A stretch of 64,000 nucleotides of DNA from an uncultured bacterium (GTDB lineage Bacteria; Babelota; Babeliae; Babelales; Babelaceae): the NCBI GenBank assembly GCA_963713855.1, contig OY970209.1, positions 1,088,001-1,152,000 on the forward strand. Direction: 5' to 3'. Below, one piece after another: positions 50,838 to 60,639 of the stretch (position 1 is its first letter; each line of letters opens with the position of its first letter). The notes under the pieces were generated by a model, which worked only from the letters and a program-made list of their open reading frames with translations, did not search any database and was not told where the DNA came from. The translations under genes were made by a program, and so were the position numbers.

Positions 50838-53129
50838 TTAAAGCGTTTCTGTAGCTAATTCTGTCCCTCCAAAATTAACACTTCCACCGCGATGCTTGTA
50901 CCAATACTTGTAAAGTACATAAGCGCTTATACCGCCTACGGCCGCTATTATTACCAATGCTACAGGTACACCAACGGTCGTTCCTATGATGGCACCTATG
51001 GGAAGGCTGCTCCCATCGCCATTACCATTTTCTCCTTGGCCAACAGTACCAAAAATCGTTACTACGGATACATCATTTGAATCACTATTTGCTGTCGCAA
51101 AAAAAACATTCCCCGTTCTCAATCCGGAAGAGAATGTCACTGCTACGTCATTGCTTGAATTTCCGGGCAGATTATACGAGAAGCTTTGATCAAGTGTTCC
51201 GTTACTCTGCTCAAACAGGGTAAAGGTATTAGAAAGACCATTTGCCGTTACTAGATATGTACCTTGAGGAGCAACTGCAATAAAAAGGGGATTAGTCGAA
51301 CCTAAGTTCAATTTATACGATATACCGGTTTTTAAAATACCTCCATTTATTGGAAATAGAGTTACATCACCCGAATCACTATTTGCAGTCGCTACAAAAA
51401 TACCTACGGAGGTTAGCAAAAACGCTACCGAGTGTGGCATGCTGGAATTAGCCGGCAATTTTTGGGACGAAATACTTTTTAATACCCCGTTTGTGGCATT
51501 AAAAAGGGTCACATCATTTGATAGAGCATTTGCTGTTGCAAGGTATGAGCCGTCGGGTGAAAATGCCACCGCTACCGGGTTAGTTGAATTAGCAGGCAAC
51601 GCATAAGACAGCGCATGACTAAGAATTCCCGCTTCTATTTTAAAAAGAGTGATATCTCCCGATTGACTATTTGCTGTTGCCAGATAAGCATCGTTCGGTG
51701 AAAATTCTACCGAAACAGGCTGCGTCGAATTGCTTGGTAATCTATATGATCGGGCACCGGCTAATTTTCCCCCGATTACGTCAAATAAAGTTATATCATT
51801 TGTTTTGCTATTTGCTGTCGCAAGGTATGTTGTATTAAAAGAGAATGCAACACTTGCTGGCGCTAATGATCCTAATGGTAATAAGAATGAACTTGCATTG
51901 CTCAGTGTGCCGTTTTGACTTGCCAAAAAGAGCGTAACGTCGCTTGTATTGTAATTGCCTGTTGCCACATATAAACCATCGTTGGAAACAGCAATTGAAT
52001 GTGGTTCTCGAGAGCCGGGAGGTAAAGGGAATGATGTTCCTTCTACGGCTTGATTTGCAGGACAATTTACCGTAAACACGGTTACATTATTTGAGCTTTG
52101 ATTAGCAGTAACAAGATAATTCCCGGATGGCGAAAATGCAACCGAAAAAGGAGTCGATGCTCCAGCAGAAACGGGGTAAGACACAGCTTGGCTTAATATC
52201 CCTTGGGAGCTTACAGAAAATAACGTTACATCATTTGAGCCATAATTAGCGGTTGCAAGATAGTTTCCTGATGGCGAGAATTCTATCGAAATGGGGTTTA
52301 CCGAACCACTAGGCAATGAGTAAGAAATAGCGTTAGTAAGCGTACCACCCGCTCCAACTGTAAGCACTGTTACAGTACTCGAGTTTTGGCTCGCGATAGC
52401 CACATAATCACCTGAAGGCGAAAATGCAGCTGAAGAAGGACCGTTGCTTGCGGCAGGCAGAGCATACGACACCGCGCCGCTCAGAACACCACCGGCACCT
52501 ACTTGGAATACTGTTACGTTATTGGAGGATAAATTGGTAGTGAGCACGTAGTTACCTGAAGGTGAAAAAGCCGCTGAATAGATTCCTGTTGAGCCAGCAG
52601 GCAGAGCATACGACGTGCCTGCGCTTAACGTACCTCCGGTCCCTACGGTAAACATTGTCACATTATTCGAACCATTATTAGCAGTAGCAAGGTAATTGCC
52701 ATTGGGTGAGAATTTTATTGAAAAAGGACTTGTCGAACCGCCTGGCAGAGCATATGATACTGCTCCGCTTAAAGCTCCCCCCGATCCCGCAGAAAATACT
52801 GTTACCTCGTTTGAAGCATCAGCAGTTGCAAGATAATTTCCTGATGGTGAAAAGGCCAAACTGTAAGGTCCTGAAGAAGCTCCCGGCAAAGGATAGGACG
52901 TCACGCTAACTAGAGTACCTTGCAAGGACGATGAGAAGATGGTCACGTTTGCGGTACTCAAATTTGCGGTAGCTAGGTAATTGCCTGAAGGCGAAAACGC
53001 GGCTGAGGAAGGCCCAGCGCCCGAAGGCAAACCGTAATTTGCACCCTGTTGCAATGAGCAACTGTTATTCGCTTCTATTCTTGCCGCTATTAAATACAAT
53101 ACTATGCTTAGTGCTACCTTAGTCTTCAT
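50838..53129 (-). CDS. Membrane-anchored beta-propeller repeat protein (7+7 blades)
   Basis: Likely start MKTKVALSIVL (53129), matching the signal of 40911. 14 repeats, GDGSS linker, TM, tail KHRGGSVNFGGTELATETL. Confidence 0.9.
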   Translation of the reverse strand: MKTKVALSIVLYLIAARIEANNSCSLQQGANYGLPSGAGPSSAAFSPSGNYLATANLSTANVTIFSSSLQGTLVSVTSYPLPGASSGPYSLAFSPSGNYLATADASNEVTVFSAGSGGALSGAVSYALPGGSTSPFSIKFSPNGNYLATANNGSNNVTMFTVGTGGTLSAGTSYALPAGSTGIYSAAFSPSGNYVLTTNLSSNNVTVFQVGAGGVLSGAVSYALPAASNGPSSAAFSPSGDYVAIASQNSSTVTVLTVGAGGTLTNAISYSLPSGSVNPISIEFSPSGNYLATANYGSNDVTLFSVSSQGILSQAVSYPVSAGASTPFSVAFSPSGNYLVTANQSSNNVTVFTVNCPANQAVEGTSFPLPPGSREPHSIAVSNDGLYVATGNYNTSDVTLFLASQNGTLSNASSFLLPLGSLAPASVAFSFNTTYLATANSKTNDITLFDVIGGKLAGARSYRLPSNSTQPVSVEFSPNDAYLATANSQSGDITLFKIEAGILSHALSYALPANSTNPVAVAFSPDGSYLATANALSNDVTLFNATNGVLKSISSQKLPANSSMPHSVAFLLTSVGIFVATANSDSGDVTLFPINGGILKTGISYKLNLGSTNPLFIAVAPQGTYLVTANGLSNTFTLFEQSNGTLDQSFSYNLPGNSSNDVAVTFSSGLRTGNVFFATANSDSNDVSVVTIFGTVGQGENGNGDGSSLPIGAIIGTTVGVPVALVIIAAVGGISAYVLYKYWYKHRGGSVNFGGTELATETL

Positions 53130-53484
53130 AAACGACTCTACCCTGTTTACTGAAAAACGTGCGACTATTTTCACCTATTTATCTAAGCCAGGACAAAGTC
53201 TAGCACAAGCTAGGCCTTTGTCCACGCATAGATCTTATATCACAAAGACCTACAAGCAGGATATCAATTGTTAATATTAGCAGCCAAACAGATAGTCGTG
53301 AAAAAGCTGCACGCTAGATCAAGGCATAGCGTCTGTCACTTTTTCGATTTTTAAGTCGGGCTTTGTTCTGTGGGGGCGGAGTTTTTTACAAAGCGCTTGT
53401 TGATTCCTCTATTTGGTTCTATTACAACCGTTGTATCTTTACCTATGATAAGAGGTTCCCGTTAAATTTTGGGCTTTTTCTTTC

Positions 53485-55788
53485 CTATAGGGGAGTGGAG
53501 CGTAGCGATTCATCCCCGTGGAAATTAATAGTTCCTATACCACGATACCGGTATTTATAAATATAGATTAATACACTAACAGTCGCTATTCCTGCAGCAA
53601 AAAGGCCGAGAACTACTGGCAAGCCAACTGAAAGACCTATAATAACCCCGAGTGGAACGCTACTTCCATCGCCGCCATTTCCCCCCGTTGTGGCGCTATA
53701 GCTACCATCACCAAAGAGCGGAATGATAGACACGTCACTTGAATCAAAGTTGGCAGTGGCAAGATAGGTACCATTTGACACAAATGCTACAGCCACACAG
53801 TCGCTTGAGTTACTCGGCAAAGTATAAGAAATACCTTTGCTTAAAAGGCCACTGGCCACGGCGAAGAGTGTTATGGTGTTGTATATACTATCAGCCGTAG
53901 CAAGATACATACCATCAGGTGAGGAAGCGATTGAAAGAGGATTCATGCTACCCACAGGTAGTGAATAGGATTGCCCAGCACTTAACATGCCTGCTTGTAC
54001 ATCGAAAATGGTCACATCACTAGAACCGCTGTTAGCTGTGGCAACGAGTAAGTTGTTATTACTTAATAAAAAGAGAATTGAGCGCGGCTGCGTAGATCCT
54101 ACGGGCAAATGGTAAGAAGCGCCATTGCTTAACACTCCATTGGTTACTTGAAAGAGCGTTGTATCATTTGAATAGGCATTGGCGGTAGCAAGGTAAGCCC
54201 CACTTGGCGCAAAAGCTAACGATACAGGGTGTAAAGAACCTGCTGGTAACGGATAAGAGAGAGGGCTATTCAAAGCTCCAGAGATTACCTTAAAAATGGT
54301 TATGTCATTTGTGTTACTGTTGGCTACAGCAAGGTACAAATCATCGGGCGAAAATACTGCTGAAGCAGGATTGGTAGAATTCTTAGGCAATGCATATGAT
54401 GTCCCTCCCGTTAGTGCTCCTCCTACAACGTTAAAGAGCGTTACATCGTGTGAGTTGCTATTTGCCGTTGCAACATGTGCGTTATCGAGGGAAAAAGTAA
54501 CCGAAGTGGGATTTAATGAACCGGATGGTAAGGGGTACGATTTTCCTAAGGAAAGCGTATCCAGCGTACCCGTCGAATTTACCATGAACATCGTTACATC
54601 GCTTGTGTTATAATTTCCTGTTGCTAGATACAAGTTATTTGGGGAAATAGCTACTGAGTCAGGCCCGTAGGAACCAGGGGGTAAGGGATAAGAGGTTGTT
54701 GGGATACTGCCGCTAGGACAATTGACTGTAAAGACCGTAACATTATTTGAAGTATGATTAGCAGTTGCACAATATAAACCATTTGGTGAAAACGCTATTG
54801 AAGATGGGCGAGTAGAGCCAGAGGGTAATGGATAGGAGGCGCCATTGCTTAAGGCACCGCCTGTTCCTACCGTAAAAACCGTCACATCATTTGAGGTATC
54901 ATTAGCAGTAGCACAATATAAACCATTTGGTGAAAATGCTATCGAAATAGGCAATGTAGAACCAGAAGGTAAAGAGTATGGAGTAGCCCCGCTCAGCACA
55001 CCTCCCGTTCCTACACTAAATACTGTTACATTGTCACTAGCAGTAGCAAGATATAAGCCATTGGGTGAAAATGCTACTGAATAGGGTGTACCACTAGGCA
55101 AAGTATACGATGTACCGCCACTTAAAGACCCTCCCACGCCCACACTAAATACCGTTAGGTTATTTGAACCATTATTAGCAGTAGCAAGATATGAGCCATT
55201 TGGTGAAAAAGATATTGAAACGGGATCTGTGGAACCTGATGGCAAAGGATACGAAGTGCCTCCACTTAAGACACCGCCTGATCCTACACTGAATACTGTG
55301 ACATCATTTGAATAATTAGCTGTAGCAAGATATGCGCCATTTGGCGAAAATGTTATCGACAAGGGATCTGTGGAACCAGCCGGTAATGCGTACGTGGTGC
55401 CACCGCTTAGAGCACCGCCTGATCCTACGCTATATATTATTACACCAGCACCATTTTGATTATTGCTGGCAAGATACGAGCCATCGGGTGAAAATGCTAT
55501 CGTAAAGGGAGATGCGCCAGAGGGTGCTGTGTACGAAATACCGCCGCTCAGAGCACCTCCTGCTCCTACCGTAAAGATCGTCAGATCATTTGAAGCATTA
55601 TTAGCGGTAGCAAAATATGAGCCATTTGGTGAAAATACTGCTGACCCGGGCTGTAGAGAGCCAGCTGGTAAAGCATAACTCGTGCCCGATGACAAAGAAC
55701 AAGCATCGGAATCTTCAGAACCTAGTATAAAAAAAATTGATAATGTTATATAGAGATAGGCAATTGGAAATCGTTTAGTATTTTTCAT
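53485..55788 (-). CDS. Membrane-anchored beta-propeller repeat protein (7+7 blades)
   Basis: Signal, Cys-bracketed 7 blades plus 7, GDGSSVPLG, TM, tail RYRGIGTINFHGDESLRSTPL. Confidence 0.9.
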   Translation of the reverse strand: MKNTKRFPIAYLYITLSIFFILGSEDSDACSLSSGTSYALPAGSLQPGSAVFSPNGSYFATANNASNDLTIFTVGAGGALSGGISYTAPSGASPFTIAFSPDGSYLASNNQNGAGVIIYSVGSGGALSGGTTYALPAGSTDPLSITFSPNGAYLATANYSNDVTVFSVGSGGVLSGGTSYPLPSGSTDPVSISFSPNGSYLATANNGSNNLTVFSVGVGGSLSGGTSYTLPSGTPYSVAFSPNGLYLATASDNVTVFSVGTGGVLSGATPYSLPSGSTLPISIAFSPNGLYCATANDTSNDVTVFTVGTGGALSNGASYPLPSGSTRPSSIAFSPNGLYCATANHTSNNVTVFTVNCPSGSIPTTSYPLPPGSYGPDSVAISPNNLYLATGNYNTSDVTMFMVNSTGTLDTLSLGKSYPLPSGSLNPTSVTFSLDNAHVATANSNSHDVTLFNVVGGALTGGTSYALPKNSTNPASAVFSPDDLYLAVANSNTNDITIFKVISGALNSPLSYPLPAGSLHPVSLAFAPSGAYLATANAYSNDTTLFQVTNGVLSNGASYHLPVGSTQPRSILFLLSNNNLLVATANSGSSDVTIFDVQAGMLSAGQSYSLPVGSMNPLSIASSPDGMYLATADSIYNTITLFAVASGLLSKGISYTLPSNSSDCVAVAFVSNGTYLATANFDSSDVSIIPLFGDGSYSATTGGNGGDGSSVPLGVIIGLSVGLPVVLGLFAAGIATVSVLIYIYKYRYRGIGTINFHGDESLRSTPL

Positions 55789-56131
55789 AATAAAGTCCCG
55801 GGTCCTTAGGTCTTTAAGTTATAGTTTTTGCAAGATACACTGAATCTAGCATGACTCATTTTTTTATTCTATAAAGACGAAAAAAGGGTTGTAAAAAGAC
55901 GTCGACATGCAATCTAAAGGTTTGCCAGAGCTTGTTGGCTATCTACGAAATGAGCACTGCTTTGCACCCATGAGCTCTACATCAACATTAGATGTTATAT
56001 GGTACGATAATCTGCGAGGCGTCGTTTAATCTACTCGTTATCGTGCCCTGATGCTTTTTTGTCCGGAAGCCCTTATATTTATACCACAATAAAATATCTA
56101 CCGATTTTTAAAATTGATAAAAAAACGAGCA

Positions 56132-59100
56132 TCATAATGAATCAGTAGTATCTGGCCCAATATTAACACTACCTAAAGCAGCGCGTGGCCTGTATACATA
56201 GTGATACACTCCACAGAGCGCAACTCCTATTGTGGCCAACAAGGCAGCACCTCCTAGAATAGTCACAGGTAAAACAGTTGCAAGAATAATCGTTACCTCA
56301 TTATTGTTTGAGGAGCTTCCTAAACCACCAGCACTACCGTCACCACCTAACAGGGCTCCAAAAGAACCGACTGTTACATCATTTGAATCAAAATTAGCAG
56401 TAGCGAGATATTCTTGTCCATTGGTTGCATTGTTCGGTGCAAAAGTGAGGGCAACGCAGTGGGTTGAGTTGGTAGGTAAAGGGTAAGAACCATTTGCTTG
56501 TAGGATTCCATTGTTAACAGTAAAGAGCGTGAAACTATTCGAATCGCTATTGGCCGTAGCAATATAAGCACCATTGAATGAAGCGGCAATGGATTGTGGA
56601 TTAAGTGAGCCAGTAGGCAATGCGTAGGATTGGGCATTACTTAATGTGCCTGATTGGAAGTTGAACGTAGTAACATCATTTGAACCACCATTAGCAGTAA
56701 CGAGCAGCAACCCGTTGCTTGAAATAGGTAAAAATAAAAGAGACTGGGGTCCCGTAGATCCTGACAGTAAAGGTGTTAAACTTCCGCCGCTTAAGACTCC
56801 TGATGCAAATGTAAACACGGCAATGTTATTAGAGACAAAATTAGCTGTAGCAAGGTATAAACCGTCCGGCGTAAATGTAATTGCTTGAGGATCTGAAGCC
56901 CCCGTAGGGAGCGGGTAGGCGATTGGATTGTTCAAAACACCTGCTGCTATTTGAAATACCGTAACATCATTGGAACCACGGTTGGCGACAGCAACGTAAA
57001 GATTGTCCGGCGAGAACTGTAATGAGCTAGGGTTCGTAGATCCAGCAGATAACGGGTACGAAAGAGCATTTGTTAATTGTCCCGCTGTTAGTTGGAAGAC
57101 GGTGACATCATTTGTTTTGTCATTGGCCGTTAAAACATACAGGGTGTCGAAAGAAAAAGCTACTGAAGCGGGAAATGAAGCAGTGACACCATTGTACGGT
57201 AACGGGTAAGACCGTTTTGTTCCCAAAGTAACATTGTTGTTAGTCGAATCAACTGTGAAGAGGGTGACATCGCTTGTATCATAATTTGCTGTTGCAAGGT
57301 ATAAAGCATTTGCTGAAAAAGCTATCGCAGTTGGCTCTTGAGAGCCTGTGGATAGTGGTGGTAAGGGGTACGAAGTTCCTCCAGTGAGTGCTCCTCCAGT
57401 TACGGTAAATACACTTACATTAGACGAACCATAATTAGCGGTGGCAAGATAAGCGCCATTTGGTGAAAATGCAGCTGAGTAGGGATTTGTAGAACCAGAG
57501 GGTAACGCATACGATGTACCACCACTGAGCACTCCTCCCGAACCTACGCTAAAGACAGTGACAGTATTTGAAGCATTAGCAGAATTAGCAGTAGCAAGAT
57601 ATGAACCATTTGGTGAAAATGCTAGCGATCTGGGATTAAAAGAGCCAGAGGGTAAAGCGTACGAGGTACCTCCACTCAGAATTCCTCCTGTTCCCACAGT
57701 AAATACTGTTACGTCATTTGAATTGAAATTAGCAGTAGCAAGGTATGCACCAGTTGGTGAAAATGCTACTAAAATGGGATCTGTAGAACCAGGAGGTAAT
57801 GCATACGATGTGCCGCCGCTCAGAATACCTCCTGTTCCTACAGTAAATACGGTCACATTATTTGAACCACCATTAGCAGTAGCCAGGTATGATCCATTCG
57901 GCGAAAATGCTACTGATTGGGGATATGAAGAACCAGAAGGCAATGTATACGAAGTACCTCCACTGAGCGTGCCTCCCGTTACATTAAATACTGTTACCAT
58001 AGCGTGCTCCGGATCAGTAGCAACAAGATATAAGCCATTTGGTGAAAATGCTACTGAAACAGGATATGCAAAATTATAAGGCAGAGAATACTCAGTACCT
58101 TGGCTGAGCACGCCTTCGGCTCCAACGCTAAATAATATTATCCTGCCCGAATTTGGATTAGCTGTAGCAAGATATGAACTATCCGGTGAGAAGGCTACAG
58201 AGAATGGCTCTATGGAAGTGGAGAACACCGGATATGATGTACCCCCGTTGAGAGCACCTCCAGTTACACTAAATATCGTCACGTTCGCAGAAAAATAATT
58301 AGCGGTAGCAAGATATGAGCCATCAGGAGAAAAAGCTACTGAATAGGGATTTGTAGAGCCAGAAGGTAATGGATAGGCGGTGCCACCGCTCAGCACACCT
58401 CCCGTCACGCTAAATATCGTCACGGTGGTTGCCCCATTAGCAACAGCAAGATAGTTATCATTGGGTGAAAATGCTACTGCGTAGGCACCTGCTGGTAGAG
58501 AATAAGAAGTCCCCCCGTTCAGAACACTTCCAGTTCCTACTCTAAATATCGTCACATTATTTGAAGTTAAATTAGCAGTAGCAAAGTATAAACCGTTAGA
58601 CGAAAATGCTCCTGATTGGGATCCGGTAGAACCAGCAGGCAACGGATATGACGTAGCCCCACTAAGAACGCCCCCTGTTCCCACATTAAATACCGTAACG
58701 GTATTTGAACTACAACATATATTAGTTGTAATAACAATTGAATTATTGGGTGAAAATGCTATCGAAGTAGGCTCGCTTGAACCAGAAGGCAAGGCATACG
58801 ATATTCCATTGCTCAGTTTTCCTTCAGCTTCCACGCTAAACACAGTAACGTTAGCCGAATTAATGTTGGCAGTAGCAAGATATGAGCCATTTGGCGAAAA
58901 TGCTATTGATTGAGGGCTGAAAGAACCAGAAGGAAGTGAGTAAGAAGTTGCCCCGTTCAAGATACCTCCGGTCCCTACGTTAAATACACACACGTCATTT
59001 GAACCCGAATTAGCAGTAGCGAGATATAAGCCATTAGGCGAAAATGCTACTGAGTAAGGAGTTTTAGAACCGGCAGACAAAGGATACGATGTACCACCGC

Positions 59101-59470
59101 TCAAGACTCCTCCGGTTCCCACGCTAAAGACCGTTACATCATTGGAATTTTGATTCACCGTGGCAAGGTATAAGCCATTTGGGGAAAAAACTGCTGAATA
59201 GGGACCTGTTGGGGCCGCAGGCAACGAAAAAGAACTGCCTTCAGTGAAGATGCCTCCCGTTTGCACATTAAAAACTGAAACATCATTGAGATTAGCTGTT
59301 GCAAAATATTGACCATTGGGCGAAAATTGTCCATCACTAGGCCATTCAGACGCGCCTGGCAGGGGGTAACTTACCTCGCTTATGGCTCGAGTCAACATGC
59401 TGACAGTGCAAATGATTACTAGGCTTAATACAATAATCCATCTCTGTATGAGAGTAATAAAAGTCTTCAC
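56132..59470 (-). CDS. Membrane-anchored beta-propeller repeat protein (21 blades)
   Basis: GTG start with GGAG RBS, signal, 21 counted repeats, TM, tail RPRAALGSVNIGPDTTDSL. Confidence 0.9.
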   Translation of the reverse strand: MKTFITLIQRWIIVLSLVIICTVSMLTRAISEVSYPLPGASEWPSDGQFSPNGQYFATANLNDVSVFNVQTGGIFTEGSSFSLPAAPTGPYSAVFSPNGLYLATVNQNSNDVTVFSVGTGGVLSGGTSYPLSAGSKTPYSVAFSPNGLYLATANSGSNDVCVFNVGTGGILNGATSYSLPSGSFSPQSIAFSPNGSYLATANINSANVTVFSVEAEGKLSNGISYALPSGSSEPTSIAFSPNNSIVITTNICCSSNTVTVFNVGTGGVLSGATSYPLPAGSTGSQSGAFSSNGLYFATANLTSNNVTIFRVGTGSVLNGGTSYSLPAGAYAVAFSPNDNYLAVANGATTVTIFSVTGGVLSGGTAYPLPSGSTNPYSVAFSPDGSYLATANYFSANVTIFSVTGGALNGGTSYPVFSTSIEPFSVAFSPDSSYLATANPNSGRIILFSVGAEGVLSQGTEYSLPYNFAYPVSVAFSPNGLYLVATDPEHAMVTVFNVTGGTLSGGTSYTLPSGSSYPQSVAFSPNGSYLATANGGSNNVTVFTVGTGGILSGGTSYALPPGSTDPILVAFSPTGAYLATANFNSNDVTVFTVGTGGILSGGTSYALPSGSFNPRSLAFSPNGSYLATANSANASNTVTVFSVGSGGVLSGGTSYALPSGSTNPYSAAFSPNGAYLATANYGSSNVSVFTVTGGALTGGTSYPLPPLSTGSQEPTAIAFSANALYLATANYDTSDVTLFTVDSTNNNVTLGTKRSYPLPYNGVTASFPASVAFSFDTLYVLTANDKTNDVTVFQLTAGQLTNALSYPLSAGSTNPSSLQFSPDNLYVAVANRGSNDVTVFQIAAGVLNNPIAYPLPTGASDPQAITFTPDGLYLATANFVSNNIAVFTFASGVLSGGSLTPLLSGSTGPQSLLFLPISSNGLLLVTANGGSNDVTTFNFQSGTLSNAQSYALPTGSLNPQSIAASFNGAYIATANSDSNSFTLFTVNNGILQANGSYPLPTNSTHCVALTFAPNNATNGQEYLATANFDSNDVTVGSFGALLGGDGSAGGLGSSSNNNEVTIILATVLPVTILGGAALLATIGVALCGVYHYVYRPRAALGSVNIGPDTTDSL

Positions 59471-59654
59471 GCTATCTCCGTAATTTGTAAATGTATGTTC
59501 GCTATAAGCTTATTTTTTCTGAAAAAGTTTTTCTCAGAAAATTTTTTCCATTCTTGCACAAAGCAACAATTTGTGCAACTGGTATTGCCTGGCTAGGCAA
59601 CATCATATTCTTTAGTTACGTATATGTAAATGTGTAAGCCGCTGTTAAATCAAC

Positions 59655-60345
59655 GAGTGTGCCTGTTGGCTCAGTAAATCCTTTAGGGCAAAATTCGAAC
59701 AACGATGTAACCATAACTTTCTCGCTAAATGGGTCTTTTCTTGTCACAGATAAGCTTTGAAAAGCTAGCTAGATTGCCTAAGTTTAAAGTGGTAGATTTG
59801 TTCTACCTTTAAAAGATGTTTCCGTATTCGATTTTCAAGCGGGCACTGTGAGCAATGGCCAGTCCTATCCATTACCTTCATAAACCATTAATCCGCAATC
59901 TATTACTGCAGCTTCATCGATGAATGGTAAGTACATGGCGACTGCTAACAGCGGATCAAGTAGCTTTACTCTTTATACAGTAAGCAATGGTATCTTAAGT
60001 TAGGGAATTTCATATGACTTGCCAGCTAACTCGACATAATGTGTTGGTATAACGTTTGCTCCCGACGGAGCGCATCTGACCACTGCCAATGCCTTTTTAG
60101 ATCATATGACGGTAGCTTCGCTTTTCGAGGGCGGTAATAATTATGGTGGCACTGGAAGCGTTGGAGATGGTTTAAGCGGCAATAATAATTTGGCCATCAT
60201 TCTCACCACAACGCTAACCGTGGGTATTGTGGGAACTGCCGCCATTCTTACGACTGCAGCCGCAGTTTCTTTTTTGGCTTACAAATATACATCGACCTCG
60301 TGCCGCACTCGGAAGCGTAAACTACGGACGGAAGAAGAGCTTTAA
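59655..60345 (+). pseudogene. Decayed 3' part of a propeller gene, closest to 16359..19664
   Basis: From 59815: DVSVFDFQAGTVSNGQSYPLPS*TINPQS..GILS*GISYDLPANST*CVGITFAPDG..LAIILTTTLT. In-frame stops at 59881, 60001 and 60037; frameshifts in the tail (..RPRAALGSVNYG..EEEL). Scrambled blade pieces lie at 59655-59755. Confidence 0.88.
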
Positions 60346-60408
60346 GGGATATCCTCTCCCGATGCACTAAGGATTTCAAAGCGCTCTTACCTTTTGCTTC
60401 GATGAATT

Positions 60409-60447
60409 TCCTTGAAATATGGAAGCTGGACTTCCATATTTCAAGGA
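60409..60447. repeat. Perfect 17-bp inverted repeat
   Basis: TCCTTGAAATATGGAAG-CTGGA-CTTCCATATTTCAAGGA. Confidence 0.8.
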
Positions 60448-60639
60448 TTTTAGTTCAGTCTCTGGAGGCAAACTAACTGCGATAGACTTTCAACTCATTT
60501 TCAAATTTTTTCTCAAACTCGCCTGTTGCGAGTGTTTCCAAACCATATGCTGTTATACCCTTTTCGAGAGGAAAAATTCTGTCGCCTGGATATAGAAGAG
60601 CTAAATGGTCAAGTTTAAGGTGGAACCCTTGCACACCGA

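Noticed and set aside
15217..58079. Many antisense ORFs over the propeller genes (e.g. 15217..15873, 25046..25426, 57558..58079)
   Set aside because: Shadow frames of Ser/Gly/Thr/Ala-rich repeats; they mirror the sense repeat and show no independent features.
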